From an uncultured Spirochaetota bacterium (GTDB lineage: Bacteria > Spirochaetota > Brevinematia > Brevinematales > JAOACQ01), in assembly GCA_963783575.1 (NCBI GenBank), contig CAWAOD010000010.1, positions 32,001-96,000 on the forward strand: 64,000 nucleotides of DNA. Reading direction: 5' to 3'. Every line of letters starts with the position of its first letter. The stretch's first letter is position 1. Position numbers and translations under genes: made by a program. Under the pieces are notes generated by a model that was not told the origin of the DNA, made no database searches, and saw nothing but the letters and a program-made list of their open reading frames with translations. Below, one piece after another: positions 23,261 through 34,481 of this stretch.

Positions 23261-23784
23261 TCATAATTCCAAGAAAGACCGATAATTAACGCATTCCATT
23301 TTTTCTAGTATTGGTAGGCAATCGGGATTCATCCCTCCTTTTATGCTTGAAACTATTGATAATACATAATTTCCATCTTTTATATGAACGTCTTCTAAAA
23401 TCCAATGTTCACCATTTAAACTATCGTTACGAGCTTCTATCGGCTTCATATTTGGATTAGGCGATACAGAAAAGTAGTCAAAGGACATATACAACCCTTC
23501 ACCAGTTGCTTAATAAAGGCTTCTTTCCATGTTCACCAAGTATTAAACACTCTTTTTCTTTTATCAGCAGGTACTTTTAGGTATTCCTCTATTTCTTTTT
23601 TATTTGCAAACCGTTTAATATCAAAAATAAACTGATTCACCTTGCCAATTTCTTGCCTTGATAAGATGTTCAGTAATAATGGCTTGTCATGTATAACTTT
23701 ATCCATATTGAATAACCAAATATGAACATTGTCATCACTAATATGAATTCTTTTTTGATAATAATTTCTGAACACTCTTTCCAT
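23261..23784 (-). pseudogene. Sfp-type 4'-phosphopantetheinyl transferase, disrupted
   Basis: VHIWL...LSRQE; W*TWKEAFIK then frameshift to ATGEGL; central region missing. Confidence 0.8.
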
Positions 23785-24443
23785 TTGTAATTCTACTTTT
23801 TTTATGGCATACCTATTTATAAAACAAAATACAGTGTTTAATATTTACCCAACTTTCCTGTTTCAGAGGTAAAAAAAGCAATAGAATAATTCGAGAAAGT
23901 AAGAAAGGCGGACAGATATCATTATTAACTTTTTTCATTATTCTATCATTTATTAATCAATTTGTCAATAGAACAAATTTGAACAAATTTGATTATGTGT
24001 CAAGCAAATTAAAATGTCCCCTTTTTTATTTATTTTAAAATGTCCCTTTTATTAAGCAACTTTTGATGCTTTCTGTCGCCAAAGCATTATATTACTATTT
24101 GTAAAGTCAGTAAAAAAGATTACTTTTCATGAAAATACACAAAATATCTAAAAAAGCTTATGCTTGAAATATCCACAGGCTGTACGTAGGAATTAACATG
24201 TTATCATAAAATTATTTGCTTTATATTAATAAATCTTTTAGTTTTGAAGAATGTTTGATATGAGATAACTACAGAATATCTTTAAATAAATAAGAAGATG
24301 ACAGCTCTCTTAAAAATTTAATTCTATCATTTCATTCACCATTAATCATTTCATCCGGAAGATGACCTCGTAAAAGAAAAACCTATTCCGAAACGGTGGA
24401 AAGTAGGTTCAATTCATAAAAGGTTAGAATTTGGTACTTTTTA

Positions 24444-26152
24444 CCTAAACTGAGCGATTCTTAACTATCCATAAAAATAAAACCATGCTAAAATAAAATG
24501 GGGTAAGGAAATGGTTACAGCCATCCTTACCCCGGAATAACACCCATTGGGTGCAAAAGCAGGTAAATTATGACTGAAAAAAATAAAAATCGCAAAATTC
24601 AGGGAAATGAGATTCAAAAAATCGGCATAACGAAAGATTGTCTTACCAGCCGCGGCGGGCTTACGTTTGTCCTGAGATATCTCAAGAATATTAAAGTTAT
24701 TCCCCTGATCAGCGAAGTATTTCAGGGAATTCGCAAGAGCCGCAAAGGTAAAGATATAGAAAAAATTATTTCTCAATTGATGCTGTTTTTCATAGATGGA
24801 AGCAAATTTACCATGACCCGGTTTGATGAATTGGCAAATGATATCGGGCACAGAAAGGCCATTGAATGCAGCAAAGACAATATGTGCTCATCCCATGTGA
24901 TAAAGAGATTTTTTTCAGTGGTAAAAAAGACAATGTTTAAAGAGCTTCAAAAGATTCTAATTAAGCTTTTTGTCTGGCGTCTCAAGATAAAGAACCCGAA
25001 AGTTATTATTCTCGGACTTGATACGATGGTACTGAATAATGATGACGCTAAAAAGCGAAACGGCGTGACTTATACCTACAAAAAGGTTAACGGGTATCAT
25101 CCGCTGCATATGTATTGGAATGGTTTTATCGTGAACCTGGCGTTCCACGAAGGAAGCGAATCCCCGAATCACGGTGACGATCTGTTTACAATGCTGGAAG
25201 AAACAGTGAAGGAAATCCGGAAATGCTATGACAAAGAGGTGCCGATTATCGTTGTGTCTGATAGCGGGTTTTTTGACCAAAAGTATTTTAAGAAGCTGGA
25301 AGACCTGAAACTGTTCTTTATATGCGGCGGGAGAATACTGGATTCAATCAAACTCGATTTGATGAAGCGATTGCCGGAAGAATGGAGAAGGTTTGAGAAA
25401 AAAGGAGATGTAATTGAATACCTGGACTTTCGGGACAGACGGGATAGCTGGGAAAAGGGATACCGTGCCATTTATACCAAATATGAATGTGAAGACGGGG
25501 TTTTCAGATTAGCGTTCGACAGGCCTGAAAATATTATTTATACAAATCTTGAAGAAGCGGAAGTATTGAAAGAAAAGGGGCTTGTGAAATATATGACGGC
25601 AGAGGAAATAGTGAGGCTCTATCATCTGAGGGCAAAAGATGAACTGGTGAACCGTGGAATAAAAGAATTCGTGGATGAAACACTGCCGTTTAAGAGTTTT
25701 GTATCAAACGGTGTATATTATTTTTTATCGATAATAGCGTATAATCTGCTGTCGGCTTATCAGGCGGATATGGATATACCGGAAATACCAGTGGAAAGTT
25801 ATCCGGATACGGTCAGGCGAATATTTATTGATATTGCGGGAAAGATTGTTAAAACAGGCGGGCGGGCTATTTTAAAATTCAGGGAAGAAGTAGTTGACAG
25901 GTTTAAATTGTTAGATTTGTGGGAGAAATGCGGAACGGTTACCCCGATTTAAAGATGCGCTCTGTTTTCATGGATTAATAAGGGGGTATTGCGCCAAAAA
26001 TTGAAAATATCTCAGAGATTGATGATTTTAGTGCTTTCAAACGCATAAATTCGGCAAATTAACCGGTGACAAAAAAATATATCCAAATTTTTATAAATTT
26101 TGGCTTTTATAAACCTGTTTTTGGTATTTATTAAAAAATCGCTCAGTTTGGG
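24444..26152 (+). mobile_element. IS1380-family insertion sequence
   Basis: IRs CCTAAACTGAGCGATT / AATCGCTCAGTTTGGG; TTTTA direct repeats at 24439-24443 and 26153-26157. Confidence 0.9.
24570..25952 (+). CDS. IS1380-family DDE transposase
   Basis: LDT, GYHPL, DSGF, YHLRAKDE motifs. Confidence 0.9.
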   Translation: MTEKNKNRKIQGNEIQKIGITKDCLTSRGGLTFVLRYLKNIKVIPLISEVFQGIRKSRKGKDIEKIISQLMLFFIDGSKFTMTRFDELANDIGHRKAIECSKDNMCSSHVIKRFFSVVKKTMFKELQKILIKLFVWRLKIKNPKVIILGLDTMVLNNDDAKKRNGVTYTYKKVNGYHPLHMYWNGFIVNLAFHEGSESPNHGDDLFTMLEETVKEIRKCYDKEVPIIVVSDSGFFDQKYFKKLEDLKLFFICGGRILDSIKLDLMKRLPEEWRRFEKKGDVIEYLDFRDRRDSWEKGYRAIYTKYECEDGVFRLAFDRPENIIYTNLEEAEVLKEKGLVKYMTAEEIVRLYHLRAKDELVNRGIKEFVDETLPFKSFVSNGVYYFLSIIAYNLLSAYQADMDIPEIPVESYPDTVRRIFIDIAGKIVKTGGRAILKFREEVVDRFKLLDLWEKCGTVTPI

Positions 26153-26167
26153 TTTTAGGAATTATAA

Positions 26168-26858
26168 TTGATACTTCCCTCTTATTTGTTTTTTATTGTA
26201 AATTATTATATGTATCTTTATAATTATTTTAAAGTATTATTAAAAGATTCATTCAGTCCAGTACTTCGTAATATCGCAATAAAAAATGGCGTAGAATACA
26301 CCAGGGAACTTGAAAGAAATGTATTTTCACGAGGACTTGCTGAAACAGCAGAATACATTAAAAAAAACTTTAATGTTAAAATTAATAAATTAAAACTATG
26401 GCGGGATTTTATAAAAGAAAGAAAACGATTGTGCAGTAATTCAAGGGGTTCCGGATTTTCTAGAATTATTAACCTCACTCAAAGTTAAATTAATCTGTTA
26501 TGGGGGAATGCCTAAATCAATGATAATAAAAGAATTTAGAAAGAAATATATGAAATATTTTGATCGCTATGTTTGTACCAGAGATATTAGACTAGGAATA
26601 AAAAAAATTGTTAAAGATATCTATAAACTTGATTATAATCAAGTTTTATTTCTGGATGATGTAAATACTTTTGCTGAAAATGCAAAAAAGCTGAATGTCT
26701 CTTTTATAGGGATACCGGCTTCTTTTCCCTGGGGTTTCCAGAAACAAGATATAATAGAATCAAAAGTACCATACATTCTAAATTCCGTAACGGATATAAC
26801 AAAGGAATTGTTGGAGAAAATTGATATCGAGGCAGGACTAGGTTCTTTTTGGAATTAA
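26168..26858 (+). pseudogene. HAD-like hydrolase, fragmented
   Basis: Two ORF pieces directly after IS1380; LFLDD motif IV-like. Confidence 0.45.
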
Positions 26859-26884
26859 ATAGATAATCACTACATTAAACATTT

Positions 26885-27232
26885 AAGGGCAGTTCCAAAA
26901 ACCGCCGATTTTAAAAACGCTTCCTAAAAATCAGGAAAAATTGCGAAATTTTCCTGTCATTAAGTTAAAAAATCTGGCTCTATCACCAAAATCTATCAAA
27001 ACACGAGCAATTTTATCCGCATTTTCAGCATATTAAGCCTTACTGGACGCAATTTGAGTCTGAATCGTTTCGTTGCGAGAAAGATTATAAACCAGATTCT
27101 TTATGCTGATTTGTCCTTTTGCCCTTTCTATTCCTATCGTCCATATCGCACTTTCATTCATACTGTTTTCAACAAAACCAAAAATATACTCTAACCGGAC
27201 CTGGATACGGCTTTTTCTCTTATTCTTAATTT
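26885..27232 (-). mobile_element. IS5-family transposase 3' remnant
   Basis: Minus strand reads KNKRKSRIQVRLEYIFGFVENSM...IGIERAKGQISIKNLVYNLSR. Confidence 0.65.
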
Positions 27233-27233
27233 T

Positions 27234-27700
27234 TTGTTTCTCTATAATGTTGAAAAATGGTCTTTAATCTTATTCCTACATGGGACGGGTAATCATGGAA
27301 CAAATGTATTGCTGCTGGCAAAGGAAAGCCCATATATGATGATCCTGGAAAAAGGCCCGCTCCCCTTTATTATTATTGTCCCGCTTTTAAAGCTATCAAA
27401 AGATTTATCGTTGTTTCCCGGACATTATCTCGAAGACGTGCTTGATGAAGTCATTGACAATTATAAGGTTGATGATAAGAGGGTTTATCTGACAGGGATT
27501 AATATAGGCGGTGAGACAAGTTATCGCTTTGCGCTGGAACACCCTGAAAAATTTACTGCAATTGCGTCTTTATTGGGATATATGGCAAAATATTTTTCCG
27601 CTTTTTATCGAGAAGAAACTGAGATGAAAGGCACTCCGATAAGCCGGTTAAAGTGAGTTCCGATCTGGGAGATACATGGATCGGAATAAGCAGTCGGTAA
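27234..27700 (+). pseudogene. Esterase/peptidase (alpha/beta hydrolase) fragment
   Basis: LILFLHG.G; RVYLTGINIGG lacks the nucleophile Ser; 5' end abuts the IS5 remnant; premature stop. Confidence 0.6.
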
Positions 27701-27902
27701 CAATTAAACACCTGCTGACTACCCGCAAGCAATTCCAAACTGTAAAAGCTACGGCTACTTGTGGTAGAACCTACCAAATAATTAGTATAATGCGCGGTTA
27801 TATTTTTGATAAGATTAATTTTTTGATTTTATTTTTCAGAAGGTTTATTATTTACCGGATTATCTTTACATTTAAAATATTTAAAAATGATAAGAAGAAG
27901 CT

Positions 27903-29153
27903 ATGAGTAAATATACGATTATTTCATTCTTTATCTCATTTTTATACATATATCTGGGAATAAAAACCCTCTTGAATGACCACAGGAATAAATTGAATAT
28001 CCTATTCAGTCTCATCTGCCTGTCCATATTAATCTGGACTTTATTGGGTGGTTTAGGGTATTCGCAAAAAAACAAAGAAATGATTTTTAATTTTCTTAAA
28101 TTCGCGTATATAGGCGCGTACCTTTATTACCCTATCAGCCTTCATTTTTATTTAACCCTCAGCAAAACGAAAACAAGATTATGGATACTCGTACTCAATT
28201 ATATACCGGCATTAATTCTAATAATAGCATGCTTTTTCGGGTATACATACGTATCGTATTTTATTATTTATAAGGATGAATGGCTTGGGCTCATTGATTT
28301 TAACAGCATTTGGGTATATTTATTTATTTTTTTCATATTGTTCTATCTGACCATTGTATTTTTGATCATTTTCAATTGGGGCAAGCGGTCAGGAATAAAT
28401 AAAGAAAAAATATATTCGATTTTTATTCTCATATCATATTTCATAACAACCGTGGGTTCCTTAATATTAACGATCCTGCTGCTTTATTTTAAGATTTATG
28501 ATTACCAGGGCATCGGCGGAGTCTTATTCAGTCTTTATATAATCGGATTATTTTACATTATTGTCAGATTAAGATTTATGAATATCAATTATTCCTTGAT
28601 GGCGAACGAAATCATATCCAAAATCAATGATATCGTGATACTACTGGATACCGAACTGAAAGTGATAGATATAAATAATAAATATACTGAGATTTTATCA
28701 ACAAAAATTAAAGAAATAAGGAAGAAAAGCTTTTTTGACCTGATTACTGAAAATGAATATTTAAAAAGTAAAATAAGGGATGTCATTGAATGCAGGATTG
28801 GGAATTTTAACCTGAATATAAATTATAAAAAAGATAAGGAATATATTATCACAAAATCATATTTTTCAGAGATAAAAGACAGGTTTGGAGATTTAACCGG
28901 ATTTTTGGTAATATCCACAGAAATAAAAGAGGTAAAACAATTTCAAAAATACTTTAAGATAACAAACAAGGAGTTGGAAATCATCGAATTGATTATTTCA
29001 GGTTTCACCTACATAGATACTTCAAGAAAATTGAATGTAACCGAAAAAACAATAGAAGCCCATTTAAATAATATTTATAATAAACTCAACATCAAAAATA
29101 AAATCGATCTTATCAGAATATCCGGCGTTTTCAATATTAAGCCTTATCATTAA
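27903..29153 (+). CDS. Membrane-anchored LuxR-family regulator (7TM sensor - PAS-like - LuxR HTH), copy 1
   Basis: About 7 hydrophobic helices; C-terminal ITNKELEII...EKTIEAHLNNIYNKL. Confidence 0.85.
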   Translation: MSKYTIISFFISFLYIYLGIKTLLNDHRNKLNILFSLICLSILIWTLLGGLGYSQKNKEMIFNFLKFAYIGAYLYYPISLHFYLTLSKTKTRLWILVLNYIPALILIIACFFGYTYVSYFIIYKDEWLGLIDFNSIWVYLFIFFILFYLTIVFLIIFNWGKRSGINKEKIYSIFILISYFITTVGSLILTILLLYFKIYDYQGIGGVLFSLYIIGLFYIIVRLRFMNINYSLMANEIISKINDIVILLDTELKVIDINNKYTEILSTKIKEIRKKSFFDLITENEYLKSKIRDVIECRIGNFNLNINYKKDKEYIITKSYFSEIKDRFGDLTGFLVISTEIKEVKQFQKYFKITNKELEIIELIISGFTYIDTSRKLNVTEKTIEAHLNNIYNKLNIKNKIDLIRISGVFNIKPYH

Positions 29154-29160
29154 AATTGAC

Positions 29161-29205
29161 CTTTTACAAAAAAAATCAAAACTTAGGGTTTTCCCCGATG
29201 ACAAA
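29161..29205 (+). promoter_or_regulatory. Putative LuxR-type operator, copy 1
   Basis: CAAAACTTAGGGTTTTCCCCGATGACAAAA is identical upstream of both lipoprotein genes. Confidence 0.5.
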
Positions 29206-29281
29206 AACTTTGAAAAAAGTTAAACTTTCATGATTCCTTATTAAATTTTTCAAAATATCCTATTAACCGGGAGGCAAAATT

Positions 29282-32200
29282 ATGAAAAGGGGAAATATTG
29301 TAGTAGTATCGGGGATCATTTTTATTCTGGGCCTTATCATTTATGCCTGTTCCACGGCGCCGACCGGGAACCGCAGTAATGATAGTAATAGTACAAGCAG
29401 CAGTGGAGGCGGAAGTGGATCTTTGGCCGGAATAAGCGGCTCTGTAAATTTACCAAACGGTGCTCCAGATGGCGACAATAACAGTGCAACGGTATATGTT
29501 ATCGGTCAGGAAAGCAGCGGAACAACTACCGACCCGAACGGAAATTATAATCTCAAAGTGGATTTAAATTCGAGTTTGAAGCTCGGTTTGAAAAGCATGT
29601 CAACAAAAGTAACAGTCACCGCGGTTTCAAACCTTCAATTAGTTGTTATAACACGCAGTAAAACATTCGGGATCAAGCATGACGGGATTATTGTAAACAA
29701 TGGCCAGACTACTTCTTTAGGGCCCCTGACGGTTAAAAAAATGGGATTGATTTCGGGTAAAATAACGCTGCAGAATGCTCCCAGTAATGATAATAGTTTT
29801 ATTCTGGTCGGTATACCGGGGACATCCTTCATGGCCAATACTGCGGCTGATGGAACCTATACCATTTCCGGAATACCAGAGGGCAATTATGATTATCTGC
29901 GTGCAGAAAAAGACGCCTATAATTATGGGATGCTGTCAGGCATAACCGTGACTGCGGACACCACTATGCAAGTCCAAAGCATGTACCTGCTCCTCTCGTC
30001 GGGGGCAAGCGGCAGTGTTGTTATTAACGGCGGCGATACCTACACTCCCTACCTTAAAGTTCATGTGGCACTCGCGGCTTCATCAAACGCAGTATTGATG
30101 AAAGTGGATGACAATGTCAACTTTACCAATGCATCAGCAATTTCCTGGTCTGCTCTTCAGTCTTCATTCGACTATACGTTTAATGCCCCCGGCAGTAGAA
30201 CACTGTATGTTGAGTTCAATGATATCAACGGATTGTCAAGTTCGCCTGTTCAGGCCTCAATCACCATTGACACCAATCCCCTTGTAATCCTGAACACACC
30301 GACAGGCACCATCAATGACACAAAGCCGGTATTCGACTGGACGGCGACACCCTTAAAGAATTCAACATACAAATTCCAACTTTCGGGCTATTCGTCTTTT
30401 GCGTCGACCATTGTAAGCACAAACTACCTCACAACAAACAGCTTCGCGCTTACGTCTTTCGCCTTGAGCAACAATACAACCAACTATTACAGGGTTGCCA
30501 TAGTCGGACCTGACGGTACAAACTGGAACTACACATCCCCGCAGAGCTTTATCATCGATTTGAGCGCTGTCTCGCTGACTAATCCGGTGAATAATGCTGT
30601 TATATCAAAGGTTCAGCCCTCATTCTCTTGGACAGCGACGAGTTTAGCAGGTGCGACATATGAATTCGTTCTTGCCGGTGACAGCAACTTTATTTCTATC
30701 ATAATGGATACCACCAATTCAACGCCTTCCGCGAATCTGACGCATACTTCGGTTGCCAACAACTCAACAAATTACTGGCGTGTCCGTGTATTCGATGCAT
30801 TCGGCATACCCGGAAGCTGGGCTGGTCCGGATAAATTCATTGTTGATACTGCCGGTCCATCGGTTACCGTCACATCTCCTGTAAACGGCTCAACGAACAA
30901 CAGTACATCTATAACCTACAATATATTGACCAATGACAATCAATCATCGATGGCTTCAGCATATTATAAAATAAACGGCGGTTCTTATACTGCGATCACG
31001 GGCTTAAGCTTTATCGCCAGTTTAACAAACGGCTGGAATACCATTTCGGTTTACGGCGTCGACTCCCTAGGTAACATCGGTCTCACAAATGCTTACACCA
31101 ACTTTGTGGATTCCATAGCTCCTGCATTAACTCTTAATATTTCGGACGGTGCTTTTACTAACGTAAATAGCTTTGTCATCGGCGGCACGACAAACGACGC
31201 GCTTCCTTCGTCCGGGATCAAGACATTCTGGATCAAGACAAACGGCACGCTGATCTCAAACTCGTACTGGAATGGAACTGTATTCAGTTTCGGTGCGGAT
31301 GGAGCATATACCATCAGCGTATACATAGAAGACAACGCCGGAAATAGTTCTAATATCAGCAAGACGATCACTGTGGACACGACACCTCCCAGTCTTTCAT
31401 TCCAGCCAAGCTTGAGCAATACATTCCAGAGCGGTTTAGGATCGGGATTAGCAGTGACGGTAACAGGAAGCGACGGAAGCGGCAGCGGCATCAGGCGCTG
31501 CTGGCTGGCGACAAATACCGGCCCATTCATCACATTCAATTATCCCTCAACAAATATTAAATTACATGAGGGGAGTTATCTCCTGAGGGTTAAAATCGAG
31601 GATAATGTCGGTAATGTGAGCGCTGAAATAAGCAATGATAATGTGACCATAATATCCAATACGGTTTATGTTTCAACAACAGGCAGCGATGCAAATTCCG
31701 GTATAAAATCCGCTCCTTTGAAAACAATACAGATAGCATTGGACAGGGCTGCAATGGTGAATGCTTCCAATGTTTACGTCGGAGCAGGACCATATACACC
31801 GGATAACGGACTTCTCGACCAATCGAATGAAGCGGGAATTATCTTGTCCAACAGCTACAACGGAATCAACCTGACCGGCGGATGGGACAGCAGCTTTACA
31901 GCTCATACCGGCTACAGCGAGCTCAATGGACAGTGGATTCTTATACACATCCTGCTCTTCGGATCGAGCCCGACCAATAACAATGTCGGTGCTATCTCGA
32001 ACATTACCCTGTCCGGGCTGATTATCGAAAACGGATATGCCAATCAGTCATCTGGAGGCGGAATCTATAGCCATGGCGGCGGCGACCCTGTTTCGTACAT
32101 TGTTATTACGAACTGCATAATTTCCAATAACTATGCTTATTATAATGGAGGAGGAATTTGTTTAAATAACTTTTACAGCAATACCATCAACGCTGTAATC

Positions 32201-32929
32201 ATAAATAACACTATCGATCCTGGCAGTAGCTATGGTAGCGCAGGGGGCGGGGGTATTAACTTAAACAACTCTTCCTCCAATCATATTTCCGGTACGATTG
32301 CCAGCAATTACTCACCCAGCTTGGGGGGCGGATTATATACTTGCGGCGACGTTAACGACTTAATCAGTTGTGATATCTATAGCAATTATTCAATTAATGG
32401 GGCGGGAATATATATCGTGGGGACTTCAAATTTTATCACAGGAAATATTTATAAAAATACTGCCGGCAATTCAGGAGGCGGCATAGTATTAGCAAACGGT
32501 GCAGGAGGATTCGATACTGTTAGTGCCACTGTTTACAATAACACGGCCGGCAATAAGAGCGGTGGAGTTTCTTTTTATCAAACTGTTATTTCCCCCAGGA
32601 TCATCAATTCCATTATTACCAACAATACTACCACATCCGGGATGAATGCCGCCATTTACTTTTCTGATGTAGAAACAGCCAATCTCGTGATTTCAAACAA
32701 CCTGATAGGCGGTCCGAATAACGGCTCAAGTGTTTACGGTATTTATGAAGATGGTTTAGTCTCCAATCATATCTTGATAAACAATATTTTCATTACAAAC
32801 AAATTGGGCTACCTTTACCATGATTCTCTCAGTAACGATGCAGCCGTAACGGAAATCAATACTAAGGTCAATATTGCGAGCTACTCCGGCGCCAAGACAG
32901 CCAGCGGAAATATAGATACCAATTTATAA
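29282..32929 (+). CDS. Large surface lipoprotein: Ig-like/carboxypeptidase-regulatory repeats plus C-terminal right-handed beta-helix (DUF1565-like)
   Basis: Lipobox IIYAC; Ser/Gly linker; VDT.P repeats; YVSTTGSDANSG...PLKTIQ; GGGI repeats. Confidence 0.8.
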   Translation: MKRGNIVVVSGIIFILGLIIYACSTAPTGNRSNDSNSTSSSGGGSGSLAGISGSVNLPNGAPDGDNNSATVYVIGQESSGTTTDPNGNYNLKVDLNSSLKLGLKSMSTKVTVTAVSNLQLVVITRSKTFGIKHDGIIVNNGQTTSLGPLTVKKMGLISGKITLQNAPSNDNSFILVGIPGTSFMANTAADGTYTISGIPEGNYDYLRAEKDAYNYGMLSGITVTADTTMQVQSMYLLLSSGASGSVVINGGDTYTPYLKVHVALAASSNAVLMKVDDNVNFTNASAISWSALQSSFDYTFNAPGSRTLYVEFNDINGLSSSPVQASITIDTNPLVILNTPTGTINDTKPVFDWTATPLKNSTYKFQLSGYSSFASTIVSTNYLTTNSFALTSFALSNNTTNYYRVAIVGPDGTNWNYTSPQSFIIDLSAVSLTNPVNNAVISKVQPSFSWTATSLAGATYEFVLAGDSNFISIIMDTTNSTPSANLTHTSVANNSTNYWRVRVFDAFGIPGSWAGPDKFIVDTAGPSVTVTSPVNGSTNNSTSITYNILTNDNQSSMASAYYKINGGSYTAITGLSFIASLTNGWNTISVYGVDSLGNIGLTNAYTNFVDSIAPALTLNISDGAFTNVNSFVIGGTTNDALPSSGIKTFWIKTNGTLISNSYWNGTVFSFGADGAYTISVYIEDNAGNSSNISKTITVDTTPPSLSFQPSLSNTFQSGLGSGLAVTVTGSDGSGSGIRRCWLATNTGPFITFNYPSTNIKLHEGSYLLRVKIEDNVGNVSAEISNDNVTIISNTVYVSTTGSDANSGIKSAPLKTIQIALDRAAMVNASNVYVGAGPYTPDNGLLDQSNEAGIILSNSYNGINLTGGWDSSFTAHTGYSELNGQWILIHILLFGSSPTNNNVGAISNITLSGLIIENGYANQSSGGGIYSHGGGDPVSYIVITNCIISNNYAYYNGGGICLNNFYSNTINAVIINNTIDPGSSYGSAGGGGINLNNSSSNHISGTIASNYSPSLGGGLYTCGDVNDLISCDIYSNYSINGAGIYIVGTSNFITGNIYKNTAGNSGGGIVLANGAGGFDTVSATVYNNTAGNKSGGVSFYQTVISPRIINSIITNNTTTSGMNAAIYFSDVETANLVISNNLIGGPNNGSSVYGIYEDGLVSNHILINNIFITNKLGYLYHDSLSNDAAVTEINTKVNIASYSGAKTASGNIDTNL

Positions 32930-32938
32930 ATCCATAAC

Positions 32939-32972
32939 GCCGGCGCTCATCTTGGAGCGCCGGTCCTTTTTT
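32939..32972 (+). terminator. Rho-independent terminator
   Basis: CCGGCGCTC...GAGCGCCGG hairpin followed by a T run. Confidence 0.8.
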
Positions 32973-33086
32973 CTTCCGGACCCAGCCTAAGATTTAATCT
33001 GAATTCAGTTGTAAAAATAATTTTACTATTTTAATGATGTAATCTACAATATGTAAAATACTCCGGAAATTCAGGTTAAAGATAAA

Positions 33087-34337
33087 ATGAGTACGTATGC
33101 AGTGATTGCATTTATCATCTTATTGTTATATCTTTATTTGGGATTAAAAACTCTTCTGAATGACCGCGGGAATAAATTGAATATATTATTCAGTTTGATC
33201 TGCTTTGCAATGGTAATCTGGACTTTATCAGCCGGGTTAATTTATTCACAAAAAAACAATGAACATCTTTTTATAATCGGGAAGATTGGTTATGTCGGCA
33301 TATTTTTTTATTTCCCGTTAAATCTGCATTTTCATTTAATACTGAGCAAAATAAAAACAAATATTCGTCTAATCATCCTCTATTACATGCCGGCAGTATT
33401 ACTAAATGTATACCATGTACTGGGTTATTCGTTTATTACAAAGTTCATTAAATATAAAGGCGAATGGGTAGGAATAGTTGACCCTAATAATGTCGTACTT
33501 TATCTCTATTGTTTATATATTTTATTCTGCCTGGTAATTTCTGTTATTGCGCTCTACAAATGGGGCAGACGGACAACCATAAATAAAGAAAAAAAATATT
33601 CAAGATTTATACTAATTTCATACATGTTTGCGAATCTCACTTCATTCTTAATGACACTTGTTTTGCCAATTTTGCGAATTTATGATTACCAGGCCGTGGG
33701 TGTTTCCTTTTTTTATTTATATGTCATTGCATTATTTTATATTATCGTCAAATTACGGTTCTTGAATATCAATTATTCCTTGATGGCGGAAGAAATTATA
33801 TCCAAAATCAATGATATCGTGATACTGCTTGATACTGAAATGAAAGTGATAGATATAAATAATAAATATACTGAGGTTCTATCAACAACAATTAAAGAAA
33901 TAAGGAAGAAAAGCTTTTTCGACCTGATTGTTGAGAATGAATATTTAAAAAGTAGAATCAATGATATCATAGAAAAACGGATTGGTAATTTTAGCCTGAA
34001 TATAAATTATAAAAAAGACAATGAATATATTATTACAAAATCATATTTTTCGGAGATTAAAGACAGGTTCGGTGATTTAACCGGTTTTTTGGTAATATCC
34101 ACTGAAATAAAAGAGGTTAAACAATTTCAAAAATATTTCAAGATAACGAACAAGGAATTGGAAATCATTGAATTGATTATTTCCGGTTTCACTTACAAAG
34201 ATACTTCCAGTAAATTGAATGTAACCGAAAAAACGATAGAAGCCCATTTAACCAATATTTATAATAAACTTAACATCAATAATAAAATCGATCTTATCAG
34301 AATATCCGGCGATTTCAATATCAAGCCTTGTCAATAA
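33087..34337 (+). CDS. Membrane-anchored LuxR-family regulator, copy 2
   Basis: Same length (416 aa) and architecture as copy 1; C-terminal half nearly identical. Confidence 0.85.
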   Translation: MSTYAVIAFIILLLYLYLGLKTLLNDRGNKLNILFSLICFAMVIWTLSAGLIYSQKNNEHLFIIGKIGYVGIFFYFPLNLHFHLILSKIKTNIRLIILYYMPAVLLNVYHVLGYSFITKFIKYKGEWVGIVDPNNVVLYLYCLYILFCLVISVIALYKWGRRTTINKEKKYSRFILISYMFANLTSFLMTLVLPILRIYDYQAVGVSFFYLYVIALFYIIVKLRFLNINYSLMAEEIISKINDIVILLDTEMKVIDINNKYTEVLSTTIKEIRKKSFFDLIVENEYLKSRINDIIEKRIGNFSLNINYKKDNEYIITKSYFSEIKDRFGDLTGFLVISTEIKEVKQFQKYFKITNKELEIIELIISGFTYKDTSSKLNVTEKTIEAHLTNIYNKLNINNKIDLIRISGDFNIKPCQ

Positions 34338-34344
34338 AATAGAT

Positions 34345-34390
34345 CTTTTACAAAAAAATTCAAAACTTAGGGTTTTCCCCGATGACAAAA
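34345..34390 (+). promoter_or_regulatory. Putative LuxR-type operator, copy 2
   Basis: Same motif as 29161-29205. Confidence 0.5.
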
Positions 34391-34481
34391 TCGGATAAAA
34401 AAAGTTATACTCTTTTGAAAAATTAAACTTCAGTATATTTTCATAGAATTTAAAAATGATTTTTTGGATAGGAGGAGAATT

